From the NCBI RefSeq assembly GCF_009914755.1, contig NC_060943.1: a stretch of DNA of 64,000 nt; one strand, given 5' to 3'. The stretch is from the human T2T-CHM13v2.0 reference genome, Homo sapiens. The position numbers and the translations under genes were made by a program. Positions 1 through 17,436 of the stretch are shown piece by piece; the first letter of the stretch is position 1, and every line of letters starts with the position of its first letter. The notes under the pieces were generated by a model. It saw only the letters and a list, made by a program, of their open reading frames with translations, did not search any database and was not told where the DNA came from.

Positions 1-315
1 ATGTACGTTTTTCTCTATCAGACCTCTCTCAGGTGAGTCAGCGTTTAGGCTCTTTCTCATCAGACCCCACTAAACATATACAGGAATTCCGATATCTAAC
101 TCTGTCCTACAACTTAACCTGGAGTGACTTAATATCATCCTGACTTCTGCCCTCTCCCCAGATGAGTGGGAAAGAGTTTTTCTCTAGCCCAATCTCACGC
201 TGATAACCGCCGGCTTCATGAGCCAGACCTCCAGGAAGGCAGTAGAGCAGTTCCCCGAGAGGGTCCCCAATGGAACTATCAGGCAAATTCCCCAGGTATA
301 GCTAGGTGAGATTAC

Positions 316-965
316 ATGGTTTCCTACCTAGTTGAAGGGCTTAAAAAGGCAGCTTACAAAGCTGTTAATTATGACAAACTTAAAGAAACTACCCAAGGTA
401 AAGAGGAAAACCCAGCCCAGTTCGTGGCCCACTTAGCAGCAACACTTAGACGCTATACCGCCCTAGACCCAGAAGGGCCAGAAGGCCGCCTTATTCTTAA
501 TATGCATTTTATCACTCAGTCCACTCCTGACATTAGGAAAAAACTTCAAAAATTAGAATCTGGCCCTCAAACCCCACAACAGGAATTAAGCAACCTCGCC
601 TTCAAGGTGTACAATAATAGAGAGGAAGCAGCCAGATGGCAACGCATTTCTGAGTTACAATTACTTGTCTCTGCTGTGAGACAAAACCCAGCCATACCTC
701 CAGCTACAAGAACTTCAAAATGCCTAAGCAGCAGCAGTCAAGCATTCCTACAAGACTTCCTCCATCAGGATCTTGCTTCAAGTGCCAGAAATCTGGCCAC
801 TGGGCCAAGGAATGCCCACAGCCCAGGATTCCTTCCAAGCCATGTCCCATCTGTGCAGGGACCCACTGGAAGGCAGACTGCCCAGCTCACCCAGGAGCCA
901 CTCCTAGAGCCCCTAAAGCTCTGGCCCAAGGCTCTCTGACTGCTTCCCAGATCTTCTCGGCTTAG
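316..965 (+). pseudogene. gag: HERV-H gag remnant (capsid C-terminal region plus nucleocapsid), frameshifted
   Basis: ORF 316-939 carries the capsid region; the zinc knuckles CFKCQKSGHWAKEC and CPICAGTHWKADC are in a different frame (ORF 720-965). Confidence 0.88.
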
Positions 966-1045
966 CGGCTGAAGACTGATGCTGCCCGATCGCCTCGGAA
1001 GCCCCCTAGACCATCACAGACGCCAAGCTTCATGCAACTCTCACA

Positions 1046-3100
1046 GTGGAAGGTAAGTCCGTCCCCTTCTTAATCAATATGGAGGCCACCCACTCCACAT
1101 TACCTTATTTTCAAGGGCCTGTTTCCCTTGCCACCATAACTGTTGTGGGTATTGACAGCCAGGCTTCTAAACCTCTTAAAACTCCCCAACTCTGGTGCCA
1201 ACTTAGACGATACTCTTTAAAGCACTCCTTTTAGTTATCCCCACCTGCCCAGTTCCCTTATTAGGCCGAGATATTTTAACCAAATTATCTGCTTCCCTGA
1301 CTGTTCCTGGACTACAGCTGCATCTCATTGCCGCCCTTCTTCCCAACCCAAAGCCTCCTTCGCGTCTTCCTCTTGTGTCCCACCTTAACCCACAAGTATA
1401 AGATACCTCTACTCCTTCCCTGGCAACCGATCACATGCCCATCACCATCCCATTAAAACCTAATCACCCTTACCCCGCTCAACGCCAATATCCCATCCCA
1501 CAGCACGCTTTAAAAGGATTAAAGCCTGTTATCACTCTCCTGCTACAGCATGGCCTTTTAAAGCCTACAAACTCCCCTTACAATTCCCCCATTTCACCTG
1601 TCCTAAAACCAGACAAGCCTTACAGGTTAGTTCAGGATCTGTGCCTTATCAACCAAATTGTTTTGCCTATCCACCCCATGGTGCCAAACCCATATACTCT
1701 CCTATCCTCAATACCTCCCTCCACAACCCATTATTCTGGATCTCAAACATGCTTTCTTTACTCTTCCTTTGCACCCATCATCCCAGCCTCTCTTCGCTTT
1801 CACTTGGACTGACCCTGACACCCATCAGGCTCAGCAAACTACCTGGGCTGTACTGCCGCAAGGCTTCACAGACAGCCCCCATTACTTCAGTCAAGCCCAA
1901 ATTTCATCCTCATCTGTTACCTATCTCAGCATAATTATCATAAAAACACACGTGCTCTCCCTGCTGATCGTGTCCAATTAATCTCCCAAACCTCAATCCC
2001 TTATAAAACAACTCCTTTCCTTCCTAGGCATGGTTAGTGTGGTCAGAATTCTTACACAAGAGCCAGGACCGCACCCTGTAGCCTTTCTGTCCAAACAACT
2101 TGACCTTACTGTTTTAGCCTAGCCCTCATGTCTGCGTGCAGCAACTGCCGCTGCTTTAATACTTTTAGAGCCCTAAAAATCACAAACTATGCTCAACTCA
2201 CTCTCTACATTTCTCATAACTTCCAAAATCTATTTTCTTCCTCATACCTGACGCATATACTTTCTGCTCCCCGGTTCCTTCAGCTGCACTCACTCTTAAG
2301 TCCCACAATTACCATTATTCCTGGCCCGGACTTCAATCTGGCCTCCCACATTATTCCTGATACCACACCTGACCCCCATGACTGTATCTCTCTGATCCAC
2401 CTGATATTCACCCCATTTCCCCATATTTCCTTCTTTCCTGTTCCTCACTCTGATCACGCTTGATTTATTGATGGCAGTTCCACCAGGCCTAATCGCCACA
2501 CACCAGCAAAGGCAGGCTATGCTATAGTACAAGCCACTAGCCCGCCTCTTAGAACCTCTCATTTTCTTTCCATCGTGGAAATCTGTCCTCAAGGAAATCA
2601 CTTCTCAGTGTTCCATCTGCTGTTCTACTACTCCTCAGGGATTATTCAGGCCCCCTCCCTTCCCTACACATCAAGCTCAGGGATTTGCCCCCACCCAGGA
2701 CTGGCAAATTAGCTTTACTCAACATGCCCCGAGTCAGGAAACCAAAATACCTCTTAGTCTAGGCAGACACTTTCACTGGATAGGTACAGGCCTTTTCTAC
2801 AAGGTCTGAGAAGGCCACCGCAGTCATTTCTTCCCTTCTGTCAGACATAATTCCTCAGTTTAGCCTTCCCACCTCTATACAGTCTGATAACAGACCAGCC
2901 TTTATTAGTCAAATCAGCCAAGCAGTTTTTCAGGCTCTTAGTATTCAGTGAAACCTTTATATCCCTTACGGTCCTCCGTCTTCAGGAAAAGTAGAACAGA
3001 CTAAAGGTCTTTTAAAAACACACCTCACCAAGCTCAGCCGCCAACTTAAAAAGGACTGGACAATACTTTTACCTCTTTTGCTTCTCAGAATGCTGCAGGG
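1046..3100 (+). pseudogene. pol: HERV-H pro-pol remnant (protease, RT, RNase H, integrase) with stops, frameshifts and deletions
   Basis: Protease active site degenerate (FLINMEATHS instead of LxDTGA); RT split over ORFs 1435-1812 and 1658-1981 with no YxDD visible; TGA at 2461 just before FIDGSS; integrase-like QDWQI and SDNRPAFIS segments. Confidence 0.85.
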
Positions 3101-3762
3101 TACAGCCTATTTGAGCTCCTGTATGGACAATCCTTTTTATTAGGCCCCAGTCTCATTCCAGACACCGGACCAACTTAGACTGTGCCCCCAAAAAACTTGT
3201 CATCCCTACTATCTTCTGTCTAGTCATACTCCTATTCTCCGTTCTCAACTACTCATACGTGCCCTGCTCTTGTTCACACTGCCGGTTTACACTGTTTCTC
3301 CAAGCCATCACAGCTGATATCTCCTCGTGCTATCCCCAAACTGCCACTCTTAACTCCTGAAGTAAACAAATAATCTTTGCTGGCAGGACTATGCTGAATC
3401 TCCTTAGGCACTCTCTAATCAGATGTCCTGAGTCGTCCCAATTCTTAGACATTTTATACCTGTTTTTCTCCTTCTCTTATTCCATTTAGTTTTTCAATTC
3501 ATACAAAACTGTACCCAGGCCATCACCAATAATTCTAAATGACAAATGTTTCTTCTAACAACCCCACAATATCACCCCTTACCACAAAATCTTCCTTCAG
3601 CTTAATCTCTCCCACTCTAGGTTCCCACGCCGCCCCTAATCCCGCTTGAAGCAGCCCCGAGAAATCGCCCATTCTCTCTCCATACCACCCCCCAAAAAAA
3701 TTTTCGCCGCCCCAACACTTCAACACTATTTTATTTTTCTTATTAATATAAGAAGGCATGAA

Positions 3763-4205
3763 TGTCAGGCCTCTGAGCCCAAGCCAAGCCATCGCATCCC
3801 CTGTGACTTGCACGTATACGCCCAGGTGGCCTGAAGTAACTGAAGAATCACAAAACAAGTGAATATGCCCTACCCGGCCTTAACTGATGACATTCCACCA
3901 CAAAAGAAGTGAAAATAGCCTGTTCCTGCCTTAACTGATGTCACTGTCTTGTGAAATTCCTTCTCCTGGCTCATCCTGGCTCAAAAGCTCCCCCACTGAG
4001 TACCTTGTGACCCCCCACTCCTGCCCACCAGAGAACAACCCCCCTTTTTCCTTTACCTACCCAAATCCTGTAAAACAGCCCCGCCCTTATCTCCCTTCAC
4101 TGACTCTCTTTTTGGACTCAGCCCTCCTGCCCCCAGGTGAAATAAACAGCTTTATTGCTCACACAAAGCCTGTTTGGTGGTCTCTTCACACGGATGCGCA
4201 TGAAA
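3763..4205 (+). mobile_element. HERV-H 3' LTR (LTR7), ~443 bp
   Basis: Starts TGTCAGGCCTCTGAGCCCAAGCC, ends CACGGATGCGCATGAAA; duplicated CACAAAA-AAGTGAA...CCTTAACTGATG blocks; AATAAA at 4141-4146. Confidence 0.95.
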
Positions 4206-4984
4206 AGTCTCATCGTCACAGTCAGGAACCTACACAGAGACACACAACCTATACCAAGGCATGTGTGACGGACACCGCCACTCAGCGACACACACACACA
4301 CCACATTCAGCAACAGGACACGGGCGGTGCCTCCAGCCACACCGACATCCCTCAACCACTGCCCTCGACCACCACATTCCAAGTCCACAGGCCCAGAGGA
4401 CACACAGGGGTCAGACACACACCAACTGCAGCCCCCGAGCCCCGCCTGCCTATCCCCTGGGTCCTCACCCCACGACCCAGGATGCCCCTGAACCAGGGGC
4501 CCCTCCTGCTCTGAGATGCCAACCTACCATACACGCAGGTCCAGTGGCTGCTTCCTCCTCTCAGGAAGTGGGGGAGATATTTTTAGTTACAATTAACCTC
4601 CCACCCAATTTCCCTTCTCCCCAGGCACATCCAATTGGTTTAATTAGAGATGATTAAGTTAATGAGAGGCATTTCCAGATTCTGGGAAAAGGGGGAGGAG
4701 GGGAAGAGGAGAGCTGTCCCCTCCCCAACTTCCCAGTGTACCAGCCGCTGGGACCCCTTCCCAGCACCAGGCAGGGGATACACTAAGCAACTGCCTCCCC
4801 TCTCAGCCGACCTCAAAGTCTTGGCCTGGCCCTGCCCCTCCCCCATATTCCTTCCCCCACCTGCCATCAAGGGAGGGTGATTGTTTGAAGTCCTTCCTGC
4901 TGTCCACCCATCACCCATCCCACCTGAGTCCCGGGGAGTTTTGGGAGAGAGAAACTCTCATCATAGTCACGAAAACAATATCAG

Positions 4985-7814
<2,830 letters not shown>

Positions 7815-8569
7815 TCACACTGGTTTCTGAGCCTCAGTTTTCCTAGTTACAAAGGACAGCCTCTGCCTGTGATGGGCGCTGACACACGTGGCACAGTTCC
7901 CCATGTGTCCCTCGAAATACCTCCACCATCAGCACAATCATCCTACGAGACAGGCACGGCCGCTCTCCCCATTCTCCAGATGTGGAAACCGGGGCCCAGC
8001 CAGGTGAAGTCGTAACCCGAGGTGCCATAGCTGTTGCGTTCCAGAGGCGAGATTCAAACCCACGTCCGTCCGGAAGCCTTGGAAGTGAGGGTGTGCCTGC
8101 CTAACCTGCTCATTTCCCATGGGACAGAGGACGTGATTGGACAGCCACAGCTGGTGAAGTGACGCAGGCGTGGCCCTGAGTCTTCATTCTCCCCTGCACA
8201 CACATCTCTTGCAGGAATTCTGCAGCTCCCTCTAGTTAAGAGGTGGAGTCTTGGCCAGGCCTGGTGGCTCGTTTGTAATCCCAGCACTCTGGGAGGCTCC
8301 CAAGTAGCTGAAACTGCAGGCGTGCACCACCATGCCCAAGCAATTCGTTTGCTTGCTTCGTAGAGATGGGGTCTCACTATGTTGCCAGGCTGGTCTTGAA
8401 CTCCTGGCCTTAAGTGATCCACTCGCCTTGGCCTCCCAAAGGGTTGGGATTATAGGCGTGAGCCATCGTGCTTGCAGCCGGCCAATCAGTATTCTTATTC
8501 GTGATTTACGAGCTTCAAATTGGTAAGAATTTGAAATCTTGGGATAGACACAAGAACTCCAGTTGGTGG

Positions 8570-9000
8570 CTCCGTGTTTTTAAGACTTTATCATTAAAAA
8601 AAAGAAGAAATTAGAGAAGGGAGGTAGGGGGGACAGGAGAGTGAAGGAATCTCTCCAAAATGTCGGATCCGGGCGACCCTACTTCCCTGACTGCCCAGCC
8701 ACCCCGTCCCTTCTCTGTCCTGGCGGCGAGGCCCTAGCCGCCATCTTCTGGGGACCAAGGCCCAGGAGCCCAGCTCGGGTCCCAGGCAGAGGTGAAGGCA
8801 GAAGTGGGGCTCAGGGCCTGGAGGCCTTGCCGGTGTCCTTGAGAGCCCTTGGATGGGCACTCAGGCCCCCATGTCCCAGCAGGGCCCTAGGGAGGTAGGC
8901 ATTGAGCAGAGGGGCCTTTGGAGGTGGGGTCCTGAAGCTGGAGGACCAGGCGGGAACCAGAGGCAGGTGTGAGGCTGGGGGTCACAGCCGGAGGCTGGGT
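8570..9000 (-). other. MEIS3: MEIS3 terminal (3' UTR) exon
   Basis: Acceptor ctcctcccctctccacag|ACCCAG at 9000; variant poly(A) signal GATAAA at 8587-8592 after a U-rich tract; 3' end approximate. Confidence 0.75.
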
Positions 9001-11319
9001 CTGTGGAGAGGGGAGGAGAGGCCAAGTCAGGAGCGGGCAGGGGGCCTGGCCCCACCCCAGCCCATCTGTGCAGGCCTCATCAGCCCCAATGTGAGGGGGA
9101 CACAGAGAGAGTGGCTGGCGGGGAATGGCACAGGGATGTGGGAGGGTCACAGAGAGAAGAGACGCAGTGACGAGAAAGAGGGAGACAGAGAATCAGAGTG
9201 GAGGTGAGGGAGGGAGAGACCTACAGACAGAGACAGAGAACAAGGAGAGAGACAGGCAGAGTAGGACAGAGACAGACCTGGAGGGAGTCAGAGAGAACGA
9301 CATGGGAAGAGAGAGAAGAAGTCATGAAGAAATAGACGAAATGGAGAGAGAGAAAGAGAGACAGGAGGCTGGGCACGGTGACTCATGCCTGTAACCCCAA
9401 CACTTTGGGAGGCAGAGGCAGGGGGATCGCTTGAGCCCAGGAGTTCGAGACCAGCCTGGGGAACAAAGCGAGACCCGTCTCTACAAAAATAAAAATAAAA
9501 ATTAGCCAGGTATGGTGGCGCACGCCTGTAGTCTCAGCCACTTGGGAGGCTGAGGCCAGAGGATCGCTTAACCTGGGGAGGTCGAGGCTACAGTGAGCCA
9601 TGATCAGGAGTGGAGAGACAGAAAAGGAGACAGAAAGGAGCAGAGAAAAGAGCCCACTGGGCAGCCAGGCAGTGGGATGAGAAGACCCCTCCATCACTAC
9701 TGACCCCAAAGGTCCCCTGACACTCACCCCAGACCATCCCTACCCACACTTGGCCATGAAAGAGCTGAGTCGCCCACTGCCCTACCTGGCCTGGATACGC
9801 CTGCCCATCTCTCTCCCAGGCTCGGCCTCCAGCACCCGCCTCCATGCATAAGCCCTGTGCAGGCCTCCACTCTCATCCCCAGGGCTTTTCTGCTGGCCCT
9901 GAATTCATTAGCCACCTGTCCGGCCGCCTGCCTCAACCCAGTCCAAAGAGAACTTCCTCCTTGTGTGTAGGGGGCTGGGGCTGTCTCACAGCCACGAGAT
10001 TTCCAAGCTCTCCTGGCCTTGGCACGTGCTATTCCCTCTGCAGATGCTCCTCTCCTGCTTCACTCCTCCCATTCTGCTGGTCTCACCTCCAAAGTCCTCT
10101 CCTCCAGGCAGCCCTCCTTGAATCCTCTAGTCTGGGTCAGATGCCCCCTCCTCCAGGAAGCCCTCTCTAAACACCTCCCCCCATCCCAGGTCCAACACCC
10201 GCCCCCTGTGAGCTCCTCCAGTTCCTTGGCTTCACCATCCCAGCCCTGCCCGTTCTGGGGCATCACCATCTGGGGATGGGTCTGTCCCCTTCACTAGACT
10301 TTGTGCCCCATGAGGGCAGGGCTGAGGCTGTCATGGTCACTGTTGTGTCCCCAACATTACCCAGCACAGGGCTGGGCACAGAGGGGCTCAGGGGATGGAT
10401 GGACAGATGGATGCTAAACTAAGGAGTTAGGACTTTGTCCAGATGGCACTAGGGAGCCACAAATGGTTTAATCCAGAGAGAGTCAAACTCTGATCTGGGC
10501 TTTGGAAACTCTAGGCTGCCTCCCTACCCTGGGCCTTTGCACATGCTGTTCCCTCTGCTTTTGTGAGCAGGGTAGACCTGTGCAAGTGACCTCTTCTCTC
10601 TGAACCTCAGTCTTCTTATCTATGAAATTAAAATTGTTAATAGTCTCCCCTTTCGGGATCGTTGTAAGGACTAAATGAGAAGATGCTCTAAAGTGCCGCC
10701 ATCATACCAGGCCACAGAAGACTCAAGGCCTGGGAAAGTCAAATAATGCCCCCCTTCCACATTACTCCCTACTCTGCCCAGTGGACTCCTATTCATCCTT
10801 CAGTGCCCCATCCAGAGGCCACTTCCTCTAGGAAATCTTCCCTGATACCCCAGAGATAGCTGATGACTCCCTCCTATGGGGAAACTACGTTTTATTGTTT
10901 GAACTGTTACACTGGATTGTCACTGGGGTTGCCAACTTCCCCACAAGACCAGAATCTTCTCAAGATCCAGACCCTACCTGAGGCATGTCAGGATGGAGTG
11001 AGGGCTCAATTTTTTTTTTTTTTTTTTTTTAGATGGAGTCTCACTTTATTGCCCAGGTTGATCTTGGCTCACTGTAACCTCCGCCTCCTGGGTTCAAGTG
11101 ATTCTCCTGCCTCAGCCTCCAGAGTAGCTGGGACTATGGGTACATGCCACCACACCTGGCTAATTTTTGTATTTTTAGTAGAGACAGGGTTTTACCATGT
11201 TGGCCAGGCTGGTCTCGAACTTCTGACCTCAGGTGATCCACCTGCCTCAGCCTCCTAAAGTGCTGGGATTACAGGCGTGAGCTACCGTGCCCAGCCAAGG
11301 GCTCAGTTTATGTTTGGAG

Positions 11320-11765
11320 ATGTATCATAGATGAATGGGTGTATGTAGGTATGGATGGATGGATGGATAGTGGGTGGTGGGTGGGTGGATATATGGATAA
11401 TGGGATGTGTGGGTGGATGGATGGGTGAGTTGATGGGTAGGTGGGTGGAAGCCTGGGTAGGGAGGTGGGTGAATGCACAGATAAATGGGTAGATGTGTGG
11501 GTGGTTGGTCAGTGTGGAGGTAGATGGATGAGTGGGTTGGCGAGTGGAGAGATGAATGGAGTGAGTGGGTGAATGTGTGGTCAGATGGGTAATGAGTGGG
11601 TAGGTGGGTGGACTAGGTTTGGATGGATGGATTGCGGGTGAATGAGTAATTGAGTAACGGATGGATAAAGATATGGATGGGTGAGTGAGTGGGTAGATGG
11701 ATGGATACATGGAGGAGGAGGATGGATGGATGGATGGATGGATGGACGGACGGACAGATGGATGA
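11320..11765. repeat. Degenerate (GGAT/GGGT)n simple repeat in the MEIS3 last intron
   Basis: Runs of ggatggat, gggtggat and gagtgggt. Confidence 0.9.
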
Positions 11766-11923
11766 ATATCTTCCCATCAAGCCTCAGAGAACCCACAGTA
11801 CAGGGACCCAGGCTGACCCACTACTCTGGAAGTGCCCACTCTTGGAGTCCTGAGGTCTAATGGAGGTTTGAGAATTGCACAATCCCCAGCCCTTAGACCC
11901 TCACACCTCTCCTGCATCAGCCT

Positions 11924-11973
11924 CTATAGATAATGCCATTCTCCTTCCAAGTTCAAACTCATCCCCACTGATC
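11924..11973 (-). CDS. MEIS3: MEIS3 coding exon 12 (GSVGMSLNLEGEWHYL*); exon continues to a donor at 11907
   Basis: cag|GATCAGTG acceptor; TAG at 11926-11924; GAG|gtgtga donor 17 nt after the stop; MEIS-type EGxWHY C-terminus. Confidence 0.95.
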
Positions 11974-12334
11974 CTGGAAGACAAAAAAAAAGGAGGGTAA
12001 GTGCGTCTTTCAGAGACACCCCCAGATGCCTCTAAGTCTCCCTCACCCCTTCCTACACCAGGGGATCCCTCTACCAGGATAGACTGAGTCATAAGAAGGT
12101 GCTGGCCCTTTAAGAAAAAGTGGAGCCTTCCGAGGTATTGGGCTTGAAGTCTGGAAGAAATGAGGTTGTAAGGAAAAGATGGGGGACCAGGAAATCTGCC
12201 TTGGCATCACCTGCTTCTCACTAGGCAAGTGACACACTGTATTCCGCTTGAATTGAATCTCAGGTGGGCATCTTTGTTTTACAGGTGGGTCATGGTGCGC
12301 AGGGGCGGGGCCTAGCTAAGGGGGCGAGGCTTAC

Positions 12335-12418
12335 CCGGAGGCCGGACGGCCACGTGTGGCTGCGTCTCGGTATAGCCCCCGATGGGCTGGCCCTCTGGGC
12401 TGAAGGCTGCACCCTGCC
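12335..12418 (-). CDS. MEIS3: MEIS3 coding exon 11
   Basis: 84 nt with AG/GT boundaries, encodes [28 protein letters not shown]. Confidence 0.95.
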
Positions 12419-12487
12419 CTGCGAAGGGGGTTCAGAGGTGCAGGCTGAGCCCCAGGAAGCCCGGGACCCGGCTTTGACGCCCTCCTA

Positions 12488-12595
<108 letters not shown>

Positions 12596-12730
12596 TCATG
12601 GAAACGGAGGGGAATGAAAAGAGGGAGTGGGAGAGAGGCCAAGACGAACACAGAGCGGGCCGGAGGACAGCGGCGGGGGAGGCAGAGCGGGGCGAGCAGG
12701 GGCAGTGGCTCTGCGGGGCTCGGGGCCTCC

Positions 12731-12751
12731 GTCAGCACCGCGGACAGCGCC
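12731..12751 (+). promoter_or_regulatory. RE1/NRSE (REST binding site) in MEIS3 intron 9
   Basis: GTCAGCACCGCGGACAGCGCC versus consensus TTCAGCACCACGGACAGCGCC. Confidence 0.92.
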
Positions 12752-12797
12752 CGGGCTCTCGCCCCGGGCCGGCCCGCGGGCCCTCCTGGGCCACTCA

Positions 12798-13094
<297 letters not shown>

Positions 13095-13123
13095 TTAGAG
13101 GTTAACTGGCCAGCTCTGATTAG

Positions 13124-13381
<258 letters not shown>

Positions 13382-13535
13382 TAGCTGGGACTACAGGTGC
13401 GCGCCACCATGCCCGACTAATTTTTTGTATTTTAGTAGAGATAGGGTTTTACCATGTTGGCCAGGATGGTCTCGATCTCCTGACCTCGTGATCCGCCCGC
13501 CTCGGCCTCCCAAAGTGTTGGGATTACAGGCATAA

Positions 13536-13905
<370 letters not shown>

Positions 13906-14545
13906 TGACTCACTATCTCTGTGTGTGTGTGTTTCTGTCTGTATCTCTCTCTCTCTCTGGGATTCAGTCCGTCCCTGCCTCCGAGTTTCTGTCTGTCTCT
14001 GTCCCTCTGTGACTCAGCCTCTCCCTGTCTCCATCTTGCTCTGACTTGGTCCTCCCCGAATCTCTGTGTCTCTCTGTTTTAGCCTCTTCCTGGCTCTATT
14101 TTTCTCCTCTGTCCTTGAAGCAGTATGGTGCGGTGGTTAAGGCCAGACTGCCTGCATTTGAATCCACTTCTGGCTGTGTGACCTTAGGCAAGTCTCCTAA
14201 CCTCTCTGTTCCTCAGTCTCCTCCTCACCTGTTAAATGGAGATAATAGTAGCCCCTCCCTCCGAGGGTACACTGGGTGGATGGTGGGCAGGTGGATGATT
14301 GATGCGCGGGTTAATGGACAGTTTTCGGGGAGGACTTAGTGAGTTAAGTGTCCTGAGCGGCACCTGCACTCAGGTGACACTCAGTGCTGCTGGCTCCTGT
14401 CACAATTCTCCACCTCCATGAGAGTCTCGAAAAATTTCCTGCCGTCTTTCTCCCACTTCTGGGTTTCTCTGGGGTTTCGGTCTCTGTGGTCCACCCTTCT
14501 CCCTCTCTCCATGCCCACCCTGCACCTGGGCAGCAGGGCTCTCAC

Positions 14546-14694
14546 CGAGAGGTGCTGGAACAACCAGGCTCGCATGATGTTGGTGGCCACCTTGGGGAAG
14601 ATCCCCCTCTTCTTGTTTCGCCGTCGCTCCTGGTCCAAGTCCTCATCTTCTCCACCAGAACTGGGAGAGGCCACGCTGGTGTCCAGCCCGTCTC
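14546..14694 (-). CDS. MEIS3: MEIS3 coding exon 8 (homeodomain N-terminal arm and helix 1)
   Basis: 149 nt, [10 protein letters not shown]...[23 protein letters not shown]. Confidence 0.97.
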
Positions 14695-14882
14695 CTGAGG
14701 GAAGGCAGGCATGCTGTGTGTGTGGGTAGTGAAGAGTGGAGGACCAGAGGGCCCCAGAACTCTCCCCCAAGACAACACTCCACACCCCAGCCATCTCTGC
14801 CCCTCTACAAGTCTTACTTGCGATCTAACTTCAATCCTCTGGTTGACTCCCATGTTTCCCTTCCACCTCCCAAGATTCTCAC

Positions 14883-14994
14883 CTTGGTCACTGGAGTTGT
14901 CCCCACTCTGGGAGGCCAGGCCCCCACTGGATGGACCTGGGGTCCCCAAATGTACAGACCCACTATCCTCATGGTCTCGAATCCACATATTATT
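14883..14994 (-). CDS. MEIS3: MEIS3 coding exon 7
   Basis: 112 nt, [37 protein letters not shown]; tag|AAT acceptor and G|gtgaga donor. Confidence 0.96.
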
Positions 14995-15199
14995 CTAGAA
15001 AACAAGAGTTAGAAGTTAGTGCCAAGGCGGCCGGGCGCAGTGGCTCACGCCTGTAATCCCAGCACTTTGGGAGGCCAAGGCAGGCAGATCACAAGGTCAA
15101 GAGATCAAGACCATCATGGCTAACATGGTGAAACCCCGTCTCTACTAAAAATACAAAAAATTAGCCGGGTGTGGTGGCATGCACCTGTAGTCCTAGCTA

Positions 15200-15326
<127 letters not shown>

Positions 15327-15453
15327 TTAGTGCCAAGGCTTTGGGCATGGACTCTGGAGCTAGGACTCCTGGATGGGAAGCCAGTCCCTGCCTCCTTCCT
15401 AGCTGTGTGATCTTGGGCAGGTCACTTCCCCACTCTGAGCCTCCGTTTCCTTA

Positions 15454-15898
<445 letters not shown>

Positions 15899-16026
15899 TC
15901 AAAAAAAAAAAAAAAAGAAAAAGGAAAAGAAGGGCCGGGCGCGATGGCTCATGCCTGTAATCCCATCACTGTGGGAGGCCCAGGCGGGTAGATCACAAGG
16001 TCAGGAGATCGAGACCATCCTGGCTA

Positions 16027-17159
<1,133 letters not shown>

Positions 17160-17262
17160 TAGTAGAGATGGGGTTTCACCATGTTGGCCAGGTTGGTCTC
17201 AAACTCCTGACCTTGTGATCCACCCCCCTCAGACTCACAAATCGCTGGGATTACAGGTGTGA

Positions 17263-17436
<174 letters not shown>

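Larger units (their letters stand above)
1..4205 (+). mobile_element. HERV-H provirus, 3' portion (gag-pro-pol-env remnants plus 3' LTR7); 5' end lies outside the window
   Basis: Gag capsid-like ORF 316-939 (QGKEENPAQF...FITQSTPDIRKKLQKL), two CCHC knuckles, degenerate protease, RT motifs ([28 protein letters not shown]), RNase H FIDGSS and integrase remnants, C-rich composition, purine tract AGAAGGCATGAA (3751-3762) before an LTR7-type LTR. Confidence 0.95.

Noticed and set aside
316-2463. HERV-H ORFs as functional gag/pol
   Set aside because: Frameshifts, stops, lost protease catalytic Asp and no RT YxDD motif
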